From Candidatus Gottesmanbacteria bacterium (GTDB lineage: Bacteria > Patescibacteriota > Microgenomatia > UBA10105 > UBA927), in the NCBI GenBank assembly GCA_963790805.1, contig CAWBPL010000002.1, positions 576,696 through 640,695 on the forward strand: DNA of 64,000 bases, given 5' to 3'. The notes beneath the pieces were generated by a model. It ran no database searches. It saw only the letters and a program-made list of their open reading frames with translations, and had not been told where the DNA came from. Shown here piece by piece: positions 1 through 18,705 of this stretch. Position 1 is the first letter of the stretch. Every line of letters begins with the position of its first letter. The position numbers and the translations under genes were made by a program.

Positions 1-1
1 T

Positions 2-754
2 AAAAAGCTTAATGCTCTTGGTTTTACGCAGGATGAAGCGGACGTGTATGTAGCCTTATATAACAGGGCTCCTGTGTCACCATTGTCGCTATCGCGGGAA
101 ACCGGCATTAACCGATCAACCGTCTATCGGATAGTCGAACGTCTGGAGCAGTCGGGATTCGTCAAGCGGACGGTGGAATATAAAACAACGCGGTATGTTG
201 CCAATTCAGCCGAAAGCCTCACATTATTCGTATCACAGAAAGAGGCAGAGGTTCAAAAGCTGAAGCAGGAGATGGCGCCGTTGTTGCGGGAACTTGATGC
301 TTTGCCACCAGAAGCGGATAACGGTCCGACCCACGTGTATTATTACAAAGGAGTTAGTGGTCTTCGACAGTTATTGTGGCATACGCTTGAAGCAGAAAAT
401 GAAGTTGTGGGATTTGGGTATACGGATTGGAATGCTGGGATTGGTAAGCGTTTTGCCGAAAAAATCCGCGCGCAGTACGTTGAGCGCAATCTTCATGCAA
501 AAGAATTATTAAATCAAGACCCCCTAAATTTTACCGATATCAAAGAATATCTGCGCATCTGTTATGAACATCGGGTAATTCAGAAAAATATATTGCCCAT
601 CCAGCACGATACGTACATTTATAACGATGTGTTTGCGTTTTACCATATATACAAAGGCGAATTATTCGGTGTGGAAATCCATAATGCAGAAATTGTTAAT
701 ACCCAGCGGCGGCTGTTTTATCTTCTTTGGAAACAAGCAAAGAAAGCAAAATAG
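2..754 (+). CDS. TrmB-family HTH transcriptional regulator (probably 5'-partial)
   Basis: The frame is open from nt 2 (KKLNALGFTQDEADVYVALY...), so the true start probably lies left of the window. The ORF-track start is GTG at 44. The N-terminal winged-helix motif is typical of TrmB regulators (GFTQDEADVYVALYNRAPVSPLSLSRETGINRSTVYRIVERLEQSGFV). A C-terminal domain of about 150 aa follows. Confidence 0.7.
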   Translation, partial: KKLNALGFTQDEADVYVALYNRAPVSPLSLSRETGINRSTVYRIVERLEQSGFVKRTVEYKTTRYVANSAESLTLFVSQKEAEVQKLKQEMAPLLRELDALPPEADNGPTHVYYYKGVSGLRQLLWHTLEAENEVVGFGYTDWNAGIGKRFAEKIRAQYVERNLHAKELLNQDPLNFTDIKEYLRICYEHRVIQKNILPIQHDTYIYNDVFAFYHIYKGELFGVEIHNAEIVNTQRRLFYLLWKQAKKAK

Positions 755-3078
755 GACTTCGCTATTTTGTCAATTCGTTATATGATTCCAGTATGGGTTC
801 TGATTTTTGGCTGGTTGTTCGCTGGTGGGGAACATTGTTTTTGATCGGTACCATCGCATATCCACTCACAAAGCGGTTATTTTCTTCATGGTTTGACAAC
901 GGATATCTTTTTGCCAAAGCCGTCGGCATGCTTCTTGTGACATACCTCGTCTATCTATCAGGAATGTTTCATCTTTTTCCTTTCACGACAGCAACGATAT
1001 TCGGTTCAATTGTCGCGGTATTTGTCTTCGGCATGGCGATTAACGTTGTGGTTCCCGATGGAGTTATCCGGCACGAAAAGGGGGCTGTCAATGACTACAT
1101 GAAAAAAATACTTATAGCAGGTCTTGAAGAGCTATTCTTCTTCGGTGCGCTTCTTTTTTGGGCATGGATCAAAGGGCATGAACCGAGTATCCATAATCTT
1201 GAGAAATTCATGGATTACGGATTCACGAAATCGATATTAAACAGCACATTTTTTCCGCCGAATGATATGTGGTATGCGGGATTTCCCGTCAATTATTATT
1301 ACTTCGGCCACACGGTCATGGCGATGCTCACCAAACTCTCAGGTATCGATTTAGCCTATACCTTCAACATTATGCTCGCGACATTATTTGCCTTTACTTT
1401 AACCATGAGCTTCAGCATTGCGTACCAACTTTTCGGACACATTGAACGCGTGACGTTTCGCGTGCGGCTCGTGGGCGCGATTGTTACGTCCTATATCGTG
1501 ACGCTTGGCGGGAATCTGCAGACGATTTATGCATTTACCAAAGGATATATCGGGGACAATCCGCCGCCGTTTTGGACCTTACTTTGGAATTTCAATGAAC
1601 TCGGGCGCTTAAGCGAGGGGCTGGAGCGCTATTGGTATGCAAATGCCACACGTTTTATCCCGTTTACGATCCATGAATTTCCAAGTTACTCGTTTGTCGT
1701 CTCCGATGTCCATGGGCACGTGTTGAGTTTGCCGTTTGTGCTTCTGGCAATCGCAATGCTCATAAGTATTTTTGGACTGGTCAAACGAACGAAAGAAACG
1801 GGAGGATTGTTTGTTTTTTCACGCGGACAAACGGGAGCGACACAGGTACAGAAATTCTTTGCCGTCGGTCCGTATGTATTTTATGGACTGTTGGCATCGG
1901 TTCTTCTTATGACCAATGCGCTTGACGGGCCGATATACGCAGGTCTTTTTTGTATACTTATTCTCTTTTTTCACTCCCAGCGCGCCTCCGAACTCAATCA
2001 GTCTTTTTGGGACGACTGGCCGCAGTTTGTTTTTCCCATAGGAATTGTGAGCGCGGTGGCAGGTATAGCCAGCATTCCGTTTTTATTGCATTTCAGTTCG
2101 TTCGTGAACGGACTTGCCATAAACTGTCCGCCGGCGTTTTTAGCAAATCACCGGTTCGGGCCATTTCTTTTTGAAGGAGTAGAGAAGTGTCAGCATTCGC
2201 CGCTCTGGATGATGGCGCTTTTGTGGGGGTTTTTTATCTACTGCGGATTATGGTTTTGCTGGAGATTTTTGAAACAATCCAATAAGCTGGAAAAGAATAC
2301 AAAAGATACCCGTATACAATGGCTTCTCGTTGTCATGTTTATTTTTTGCTGTCTTCTTATTATTTTCCCAGAATTTTTCTATTTTAAGGACATCTATCCG
2401 CAGCATTTCCGCTCCAATACCATGTTTAAGCTCGGGTATCAGGCATTTATCATGTTTGGTCTTATTTCCGGCTACGCGATTACGTGGCTCCTTACACGGC
2501 TTCGGACGCTGAGGGGAAAAGGGAAAGGTGCTGATGTGCTGTTTTTCATTGTCCTCTTGCCGCTTTTATTTCTCGTTGTTATCTATCCCATTTTCAGCGT
2601 GCGATCGTATTTTGACAGCTTACGAACCTATGAGGGATTGTATGGTTTAACGTGGCTGAACGAGCAGTATCCCAGCGATTTTGCGGGTATTCAATTTCTT
2701 AATGCCCGAATTACTGCCGGTGACCCCAAAAATTTGCCGGTTATCGTCGAAGCGGATGGCGACAGTTACACCGATTATGCGCGCTATAGTGCATTTACGG
2801 GACTTCCCGCGGTCGTCGGCTGGCCGGTCCACGAGTGGCTTTGGCGCGGTTCGTATGATGTCGTAGCGCCGCGACGGGACGATGTTTCTAAAATTTATAC
2901 ATCCGATGACCTTGAAGAAACGCGTGCAATTCTTCAAAAATATCATGTACGCTACATAATTGTGGGAACGCTTGAATGGCAAAAGTATCCGAATCTGCGC
3001 GCTGAGAAATTTATCCTTCTCGGGCGTCAAGTATTTTATGACGGAGTAACGAGTATTTACGAGGTCACGTCCCCGTAA
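727..3078 (+). CDS. DUF2298 / YYY-motif polytopic membrane protein (GT-C-like)
   Basis: This 783-aa ORF has many hydrophobic helices. It carries the signature FPVNYYYFGH of the DUF2298 (chlor_Arch_YYY) family and has a soluble C-terminal domain. The ORF-track start is TTG at 727, which overlaps the upstream gene. ATG at 793 (MGSDFWLVV...) is the more plausible start. Confidence 0.75.
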   Translation: METSKESKIGLRYFVNSLYDSSMGSDFWLVVRWWGTLFLIGTIAYPLTKRLFSSWFDNGYLFAKAVGMLLVTYLVYLSGMFHLFPFTTATIFGSIVAVFVFGMAINVVVPDGVIRHEKGAVNDYMKKILIAGLEELFFFGALLFWAWIKGHEPSIHNLEKFMDYGFTKSILNSTFFPPNDMWYAGFPVNYYYFGHTVMAMLTKLSGIDLAYTFNIMLATLFAFTLTMSFSIAYQLFGHIERVTFRVRLVGAIVTSYIVTLGGNLQTIYAFTKGYIGDNPPPFWTLLWNFNELGRLSEGLERYWYANATRFIPFTIHEFPSYSFVVSDVHGHVLSLPFVLLAIAMLISIFGLVKRTKETGGLFVFSRGQTGATQVQKFFAVGPYVFYGLLASVLLMTNALDGPIYAGLFCILILFFHSQRASELNQSFWDDWPQFVFPIGIVSAVAGIASIPFLLHFSSFVNGLAINCPPAFLANHRFGPFLFEGVEKCQHSPLWMMALLWGFFIYCGLWFCWRFLKQSNKLEKNTKDTRIQWLLVVMFIFCCLLIIFPEFFYFKDIYPQHFRSNTMFKLGYQAFIMFGLISGYAITWLLTRLRTLRGKGKGADVLFFIVLLPLLFLVVIYPIFSVRSYFDSLRTYEGLYGLTWLNEQYPSDFAGIQFLNARITAGDPKNLPVIVEADGDSYTDYARYSAFTGLPAVVGWPVHEWLWRGSYDVVAPRRDDVSKIYTSDDLEETRAILQKYHVRYIIVGTLEWQKYPNLRAEKFILLGRQVFYDGVTSIYEVTSP

Positions 3079-3291
3079 ATTTTGAGGTTGCAACATCTGT
3101 CGCGGGTGATTCCTTCGGGGTGCTTCGCATCTTCTCACCATCACCGGAGATGATCTCTTTTCTTTGTTTTTTGTCAAATGTAACCACTGGGGGAGTATAT
3201 TTTCGTCTTTTGGCTCCGGTTTGTGATGGTTGCGAATATGCGAGACAACCCTTAGAAAAAATCCACATCGCTCGCGCGCGGCAGGACCAAG

Positions 3292-4197
3292 TTAAAACCC
3301 ATACGCCGACAAACCGGCATTTCCTATTCGAATCCTCGGGAGAAAAAAACGCTGTCCCCTGCACAGTGTTGATCCGGGGTACGTAGTAAAGGCAAGCTTA
3401 TACCCGAGACGCTCGAGTACCGAAACGGCGTAATTGTTGGGGAACCCATAGGGATACGAAAATACTTTAAACGCATTCAGTCCGTGCTGCGCCAGCTGTG
3501 TGTCGGCGGTTGTAATCTCGCGATCATCAATAGCGTCGCCTGCGCTCACGCTTCTATGGCTCCATGTGTGGTTTCCAAAGTAAAAATTGCCTGATCCGAG
3601 TTGGCTTAATGTATTCCACGACATAAAACCGGGATTGTTCAAAAGTCCGGTTGCAATAAAAGAAGTTGCCTGAAACCCAAATTCGCGGATAATAGGGGCC
3701 GCGTCAGTACCAAAATCATCGTATCCATCGTCTATAGTCAAAAGCACCGGTTTTGGAGGAAGTAGCGCGCCGCTGTCAAAAAACGCGATAAGCTGTTGGG
3801 GGCTAATGGTCGTATATCCATGATCTTTAAGGTATTGCATCTGACTTCTGAAGATATTGACGTCTACGGTGAGCTGGGCGTGGCCTAACGTTTTGGCGGT
3901 TGCCAGATCCTGAATATGATGCCAGAACAATACCGGCACAGAGGCGCACGGACCATACATCTGGTTCATCTCTTCAAACGTCAAAGGACGGGGAGTGGGA
4001 GTGGGAGTGGGTTTTGGCGTTGGCGTTGGCGTTGAGGTTGGAGTCGCCGTGGGGGTGGCAAGAATTGGTGAGAGGGCGGTGAATGTTATGATTGCTTTTT
4101 GATTGATTTTTTGAGGGACATGAATGGGGAGGATTCCTAACCCTGTCAATCCGATGGTGAGAAATGCAGCCGGAAGAAAATAGAAAAACTTAATCAT
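3292..4197 (-). CDS. polysaccharide deacetylase (NodB/CE4 family) with N-terminal signal anchor and Pro/Thr linker
   Basis: NodB motif 1 is LLTIDDGYDDF and motif 2 is GNHTWSH. The N-terminal hydrophobic segment is FFYFLPAAFLTIGLTGLGIL. The PT linker TPTATPTSTPTPTPKPTPTPTPRP is encoded by short tandem hexamers at about 3989-4060. Confidence 0.85.
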   Translation of the reverse strand: MIKFFYFLPAAFLTIGLTGLGILPIHVPQKINQKAIITFTALSPILATPTATPTSTPTPTPKPTPTPTPRPLTFEEMNQMYGPCASVPVLFWHHIQDLATAKTLGHAQLTVDVNIFRSQMQYLKDHGYTTISPQQLIAFFDSGALLPPKPVLLTIDDGYDDFGTDAAPIIREFGFQATSFIATGLLNNPGFMSWNTLSQLGSGNFYFGNHTWSHRSVSAGDAIDDREITTADTQLAQHGLNAFKVFSYPYGFPNNYAVSVLERLGYKLAFTTYPGSTLCRGQRFFLPRIRIGNAGLSAYGF

Positions 4198-4246
4198 GAT
4201 TTCTATTGTTCACGAAACACCGGAAGGTTGCAATATGGGTATGGTA

Positions 4247-4275
4247 TTGACAAGGAGGGGAGAACATGATTAAAT
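4247..4275 (+). promoter_or_regulatory. candidate sigma70-type promoter upstream of rho
   Basis: TTGACA (4247-4252), a 17-nt spacer, then TTAAAT (4270-4275, 4/6 match to TATAAT). This would give a leader of about 150-160 nt. It rests on the sequence pattern only. Confidence 0.3.
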
Positions 4276-4430
4276 ACGGCCTAGTACGTAGAGTTTCCTC
4301 GTTCTGGAGCATTATACCAATGAATTCCCAAGAGTATTGATTTTCGTTGACCAGCAAGGTTTTTTTGTGGAAACACGATAGACTACCGTACAAACATACT
4401 ATATATCCATACGAAATGTGATCTCATTTT

Positions 4431-6113
4431 TTGAGCGAACCTATGGCTTTTCGAGCCTCCCATAAATCAGCAGTAAAACCATCGACTACCAAAGCGAAAC
4501 CAGCCGAGCCTCTGGCACCGGTTGAACAAACTCAGGTAACAGCGAAGCCGTTAAGTGTTGAAGACCTTGTTGGCGCACCGGTGGATTCTTCAATCGCGGA
4601 TACCGGCGCACAAACTGAAGTACCTGAAAAGACAGAAAAATCAGAAGAAACAGTAACTCCTCCAGCCGTACAGACTCCCTCGGATACACCGGTAACCTCA
4701 ACGGCAGAACCAAACCGATATTCACGATCTCCCGTAGGAAGAATGGATCGTCCTCGGATGAGCTCTCCTCGATTCGGCGAAACGGGGTTTGATCGAGGCT
4801 ACAATCGGGGCTATCAAGGCGGCGGATACAGACCGCGGCCGTTTACACGCGGCGGACGGTTCGGCCGAAGCAATTTTGACAACGGCGGATACAGAAGGGA
4901 TTGGGGAAATCCCAGCGGGGAACCAGTCGCTCACACGCAGGATATCAATGTTCCCACTGAAACGGTTCATGGCATTCTGGACATCATGCCGGAAGGTCAC
5001 GGATTTTTGCGCCCGAAATTTACGCCGAGTGATCGAGACGTCTACATTTCCCAGTCGCAGATCCGGCGCTTCATGCTTCGAAACGGCGATATGGTTGAAG
5101 GACAGGCAAGGCAACCCAAAGAAAATGAACGGTATTGGGGGCTTCTTAAAGTTGAAAAAATAAACAATCAGCCGGCAGAAGGCATGACGGAGCGACCGCG
5201 ATTTGAAGATTTAACGCCCATATATCCCAACAAATTTTTGCGACTGGAAACCGGTCAGACGCCGCTTTCTACACGGATGATCGATCTTGTCGCGCCCATC
5301 GGGTTTGGTCAGCGGGGCATGATCGTCTCTCCTCCGAAGGCAGGGAAAACCACGATTCTCAAAGAAATCGCAGCAGGAATCTCAGCGAATTACCCAGAAG
5401 TTCATCTTATGGCCGCGCTTATCGGTGAGCGGCCGGAAGAGGTTACGGACTTGACGCGCAGTATCAAAGGCGAAGTACTGGCAAGCAATTTTGATGAATC
5501 GCCGCCAGAGCAAACCCGCGTTGCCGAAGTTGCGCTTGACCGCGCAAAGCGGCTTGTTGAAATGGGCAAGGACGTTGTCGTACTTTTGGATTCGATTACC
5601 CGTTTGGCCCGTGCATATAATCTGGTTGTTAACCCGTCAGGCCGTACGCTTTCCGGTGGATTTGATCCGGCAGCGCTCTATCCGGCCAAAAAGTTTTTAG
5701 GAGCCGCGCGATGTGTTGAAAAAAAGGCGCCGGAAGCAGGGGCAGCGCCCGAAGATCAATCAAAAGAACCGGAAACCGATGGATCGCTTACGGTCATTGG
5801 CACCGCACTTATTGAAACAGGAAGCCGGATGGATGACCTTATTTACGAAGAATTCAAAGGAACCGGCAACATGGAGCTTACGCTTTCCCGTGCGCTTCAG
5901 GAGCGGCGTATTTTCCCGGCCATCGATGTCGGCAAATCCGGAACACGCCACGACGAGCTACTGGTTGGCGAGGAAAAGATGAAAAAAGTCACGACCCTTC
6001 GCCATATGCTGTCGCTTCTTGGTGACGAAGAGCGGACCATGATGTTGGTTGAGCGCTTAGGCAAAACAAAAAGCAACGATGAATTCCTCGAGAGTCTTTC
6101 AAAAGGGGATTAA
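4431..6113 (+). CDS. rho: transcription termination factor Rho with long low-complexity N-terminal extension
   Basis: The ORF is collinear with E. coli Rho from the RNA-binding domain onward: GFLRP...YISQSQIRRFMLRNGD, Walker A GQRGMIVSPPKAGKTT, LIGERPEEVT, DSITRLARAYN, EEFKGTGNMEL, IFPAIDVGKSGTR. The ORF-track start is TTG at 4431. ATG at 4443 (MAFRAS) is an alternative start. Confidence 0.95.
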   Translation: MSEPMAFRASHKSAVKPSTTKAKPAEPLAPVEQTQVTAKPLSVEDLVGAPVDSSIADTGAQTEVPEKTEKSEETVTPPAVQTPSDTPVTSTAEPNRYSRSPVGRMDRPRMSSPRFGETGFDRGYNRGYQGGGYRPRPFTRGGRFGRSNFDNGGYRRDWGNPSGEPVAHTQDINVPTETVHGILDIMPEGHGFLRPKFTPSDRDVYISQSQIRRFMLRNGDMVEGQARQPKENERYWGLLKVEKINNQPAEGMTERPRFEDLTPIYPNKFLRLETGQTPLSTRMIDLVAPIGFGQRGMIVSPPKAGKTTILKEIAAGISANYPEVHLMAALIGERPEEVTDLTRSIKGEVLASNFDESPPEQTRVAEVALDRAKRLVEMGKDVVVLLDSITRLARAYNLVVNPSGRTLSGGFDPAALYPAKKFLGAARCVEKKAPEAGAAPEDQSKEPETDGSLTVIGTALIETGSRMDDLIYEEFKGTGNMELTLSRALQERRIFPAIDVGKSGTRHDELLVGEEKMKKVTTLRHMLSLLGDEERTMMLVERLGKTKSNDEFLESLSKGD

Positions 6114-7652
6114 TTAGTTAACTTTATAAATGCTTGCCGCCCCTTGCGCGTAAACTTTGGTTAAAAAAGGCTTTGTTTCCGGCTTAAACCCATACGTCAG
6201 CATCGTGTCTCCGGCGCCGAAATAGAGATAGGTAATCCCATTCTGTTTGAGAAACGACACAGCTTTGGTGTTGTCGGTTTCTCGCAAAAATCTGTTGATG
6301 TTTTCTATTTTTTTGTCAAAATCAATAGTCTGAATTTTGTGGCCGATATACACAGTCCGGCCGGTTAGCCCCGGTATAAGGTTTCCGAAAAACCAGTTAC
6401 TGAGTATTACGTCGCGGGAATCAGTTTGGCGGCCCAGCCAGATGATCGCATCGAATTCCTCGCGTGAAAGGTGGTAATAATAACTGTCTGTTGAGTCGGT
6501 TTGTATTTGTTTCATATCTTCATTGACCATAAACAACGATGAGAGCGAAAGAATGGCTATTGTTGTATAAATGGCGATGGTTTTTGTTTTTGGTTTATAT
6601 CGACCAAAAATTGTATACATTCCATACAATGCAGCTATAGATAACGGTATTTGTGCGGCTTCAATAAATCTTCGTTGTATACCAACCGGTGCATACAGAA
6701 GAAGGGCCGTGACGCATATCCACGAGACGACTAATGTTTGTTCCCTTTTTTGTTCGTTCAGGAATACTTCCAAACCCACAAGCGCAAACGGCAAGAGAAG
6801 TCCAAAACCGGTGATATATGAGATAGGTTGCGGCGACGGGAGCACATTTTGAATTTGCCACGACCCAAGAATTGGGTTTGTAATTACGGCAAAGACCTGA
6901 TACAGAAGCCCGATGCCACCCAAAATACTTACGGTCAGTGCCTTCTTTATAGGAAGTTTATTCCATAACGCTGTAATAAAAAGAGTCGGTACTATAACGC
7001 CGAGATCAAACGGATGCTCAAATGAAAGAAACAAAAACGCCACTGATACCCAGATCAACGAGTTTGCCTTATTATCTTTCAGATAGTTGAGGAAAAAGTG
7101 AAAGCCGGTAAGTAGTAATATGAGGGATAAAATGAAATGCGGAGCTTCAAACAGAGTCAAAAAAGGTATGGCCTCGGGAACCCACAGATCAATCGAATTT
7201 GGCACCCATTGGGAGATGAGAAATCCGATTCCAGAGGCTGTGGTAATGAGGGCGAAGGCTGCAAGTCGCTTCTGTTTATCCGTAAAAAAGTGGGTAAGAA
7301 AGAGAAAGAGAACTCCGAAAAATATTCCCGAAAGTACGATTCGCGCCGCATGATACGCGACAATTGATGACATACCCGTGACGGCGGCAATTTTTCCGAT
7401 AACGAGATACGATGGACGCAACAGTGAAGGAGTCTGCGGCTCGCTCGTGTAAAGGTTTTTAAACAAAAACGCCCCTTGTCGTGACTGTTCGATAAATGAT
7501 ACATACGTATAGACGTCTTGCGAATTGATGGTTCTTCGGCCTAAAAACACCAGATGGTCGAGCGGCATAATCACGGGGAGAAGAACCGATACATTGGTTA
7601 GTATCAGAACGATTACGGCAATAATGATACTGAAAACGGTTTGTTTGTTCAT
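6114..7652 (-). CDS. polytopic membrane protein, putative GT-C-type glycosyltransferase (family unresolved)
   Basis: In this 512-aa ORF the first 370 aa or so are hydrophobic helices, followed by a soluble C-terminal domain of about 140 aa. The first loop has an acidic/aromatic motif (SQDVYTYVSFIEQ). Its start overlaps the upstream stop by 4 nt (7649-7652), which suggests translational coupling. Confidence 0.5.
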   Translation of the reverse strand: MNKQTVFSIIIAVIVLILTNVSVLLPVIMPLDHLVFLGRRTINSQDVYTYVSFIEQSRQGAFLFKNLYTSEPQTPSLLRPSYLVIGKIAAVTGMSSIVAYHAARIVLSGIFFGVLFLFLTHFFTDKQKRLAAFALITTASGIGFLISQWVPNSIDLWVPEAIPFLTLFEAPHFILSLILLLTGFHFFLNYLKDNKANSLIWVSVAFLFLSFEHPFDLGVIVPTLFITALWNKLPIKKALTVSILGGIGLLYQVFAVITNPILGSWQIQNVLPSPQPISYITGFGLLLPFALVGLEVFLNEQKREQTLVVSWICVTALLLYAPVGIQRRFIEAAQIPLSIAALYGMYTIFGRYKPKTKTIAIYTTIAILSLSSLFMVNEDMKQIQTDSTDSYYYHLSREEFDAIIWLGRQTDSRDVILSNWFFGNLIPGLTGRTVYIGHKIQTIDFDKKIENINRFLRETDNTKAVSFLKQNGITYLYFGAGDTMLTYGFKPETKPFLTKVYAQGAASIYKVN

Positions 7653-9085
7653 TGAATTCGTACAAAATATATTGCTTGATTATCCTGATATTGAATGCTC
7701 CATAGGCCGACTGTTTTACCTGATTCGATTGCCGTTGCAAGATCTGATTTGGGTGGTATGGCGACCCAACGGAAATCGTAGCTATTAAATTTTGCCATAT
7801 CACCGTGATAATAGAATGCCACAAGATCGGCAAAAGGCATGTAACCGTCGGATGCTTCCCATAAATGCATGCGTCCATCGATAAACAGCTGGGCGGGGAC
7901 CCGTTTTCCGATAAAATACCCGCCCCAGTCATACATGTTAAATCCATGTCCGGCGGGCGGGTGAGCAATGAGATATTGCGCTAATCCCGGTGAGCAACTT
8001 GGTCCGAACAGGCAGTAATCGTTTTCGTTATAGGTATAAAAGTGAAAGCTCGGTAAGCGATTCACGAGATTGTATTCTATGGTGATAAGAAGAACGAGCG
8101 CGCTTATCAATGGCGTTAGTTTAAAACGCGAGAGGTCTATCCGGAGTTTTGTAAGGTACATAAAAAGGAGGGGAATTGTAGCGATCCCGAAAACCGGTAG
8201 GTTACGCCGTTCATTTATAGCCGGATATACGAGAATGAGCGCAATAATGATAAACGGGAAGGATTCTGTAAGATTGATCGTGAAGCTTGCAATGACTAAT
8301 AGAATTATGTAGACGGTGACCGTGGGTACATTGCAATACTGGCAATTGGTATAAATCGGCAGCCATTCCGTAATATTCTGCAGATACGGGCTGTTGGTGT
8401 GTTTTAGTATTTCGTGATAGACACTCAGACCAAACGGCGTTATCAGTGTCACGACAAGTGTGGTGAGACCAATCCAGATGTATTGTTTGCGTAACTTTGG
8501 GTAGAGGAAGAAATAATAGGCAAAAAATACGGCAACAATGACGAGCCCGAATGCAAATGTTCCGTGAAGATTTGCCCAGACAAGAAATAATGGCGGGAGC
8601 CAATAAAGGAGTTTACTGTTTTGTTTTGCTTTTACTAACAGCGTCATAAGGAGGGTGAGCGGCAGGTAGGCGACAACCTGCGACCGGAGCGCCTGCCAGA
8701 CGCCTTCTTCGACCAGTTGGGAGAAAAAAAATCCCGCGATAATGAGGTACCAATACTTGAGTTTGTATGGTTTTATAAGAATGAGAAAACAGATAAAACA
8801 GACAAGGGCGCCGACAAGAGATGATCCGATGTAGCCGGTGGCCGTAAATACGATGTAGAGTATCGGATCATAGAGCCACTCATGGTTGACCCAAGGGAAT
8901 CCCGGCATGGTCCATGAATAGGCATCCGTCCATAGTAAATGACCGTGGGTGAGTAAATACCGTCCGTATTGAAAGTGCCAACCCCAGTCGTAGTCGCTAT
9001 AGGGATAGATAAATGATACGAATACCGCGACATAGAGGAGTGCGATGAATATTTTTTCTTTCTGTTTAACCAGTGCGGCAATCAT
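7649..9085 (-). CDS. polytopic membrane protein, putative GT-C-type glycosyltransferase (family unresolved)
   Basis: This 478-aa ORF starts with ATG at 9085, only 26 nt downstream of the stop of the 3,060-aa gene. The first loop is YPYSDYDWGWHFQYG. It has about 11 hydrophobic helices and a C-terminal soluble domain. Confidence 0.5.
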   Translation of the reverse strand: MIAALVKQKEKIFIALLYVAVFVSFIYPYSDYDWGWHFQYGRYLLTHGHLLWTDAYSWTMPGFPWVNHEWLYDPILYIVFTATGYIGSSLVGALVCFICFLILIKPYKLKYWYLIIAGFFFSQLVEEGVWQALRSQVVAYLPLTLLMTLLVKAKQNSKLLYWLPPLFLVWANLHGTFAFGLVIVAVFFAYYFFLYPKLRKQYIWIGLTTLVVTLITPFGLSVYHEILKHTNSPYLQNITEWLPIYTNCQYCNVPTVTVYIILLVIASFTINLTESFPFIIIALILVYPAINERRNLPVFGIATIPLLFMYLTKLRIDLSRFKLTPLISALVLLITIEYNLVNRLPSFHFYTYNENDYCLFGPSCSPGLAQYLIAHPPAGHGFNMYDWGGYFIGKRVPAQLFIDGRMHLWEASDGYMPFADLVAFYYHGDMAKFNSYDFRWVAIPPKSDLATAIESGKTVGLWSIQYQDNQAIYFVRIQ

Positions 9086-9111
9086 TGATAGAAATATAGC
9101 ACAAACAGATA

Positions 9112-18306
<9,195 letters not shown>

Positions 18307-18396
18307 CTATTTCTGCACGGTAATTCCGAATTCGGATAAAAACCTGAAGCTGTGGTTGCATAGGGTTTGCGGGTGTTTGCGAAGCAAAAAATTGTA

Positions 18397-18425
18397 TCAT
18401 GCATTTATTAAAATGGTAGCGAAAA
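18397..18425 (-). promoter_or_regulatory. candidate promoter of the 3,060-aa gene operon
   Basis: On the - strand: TTGACA (18425-18420), a 17-nt spacer, then TTTAAT (18402-18397, 5/6). An extended -10, TGATACAAT, lies just downstream at 18389-18381. The leader would be about 90 nt and contains the palindrome TCCGAATTCGGA (18325-18336). Confidence 0.45.
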
Positions 18426-18501
18426 TATGTGTCAAATATGATGCGGGAATAGATGCGTAACAAAGCTAAACTATGGGGTGTAATAAAATGATGGGGAGTG
18501 A

Positions 18502-18531
18502 TTGACTATAAGATAAAAATGACATTATGAT
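18502..18531 (+). promoter_or_regulatory. candidate promoter of the LysM/M23 peptidase gene
   Basis: TTGACT (18502-18507), an 18-nt spacer, then TATGAT (18526-18531, 5/6). It sits in an AT-rich divergent intergenic region. Confidence 0.35.
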
Positions 18532-18705
18532 TAATACGCTGTTGAATTTAGATTGTTTTAGAGCCAAAATTCATGCAATTTATATTGCTGGAATAAATGT
18601 ATTTTTATTAATCCGCTTGAGATGTCAAAATATGTTATTTAAGCCCATAAATATTTTACATCGTCCGGAATTTGCCATCATCAAATTCATCTGGTATGCT
18701 TTGAG

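Noticed and set aside
2647-3386. ORFs 2647-3177 (-, 176 aa), 3065-3364 (-, 99 aa) and 3120-3386 (+, 88 aa) around the 3' ends of the DUF2298 and deacetylase genes.
   Set aside because: They overlap well-supported genes in other frames or strands and have basic, low-complexity translations. The 213-nt convergent intergenic region (3079-3291) shows only a weak hairpin followed by a T-rich run (about 3150-3178). I did not consider that strong enough to call a terminator.
7459-7968. 169-aa - strand ORF bridging the junction of the two GT-C-like genes.
   Set aside because: It is an alternative frame of two well-supported membrane-protein ORFs, which are joined by a 4-nt overlap. Its translation has no TM or domain character.
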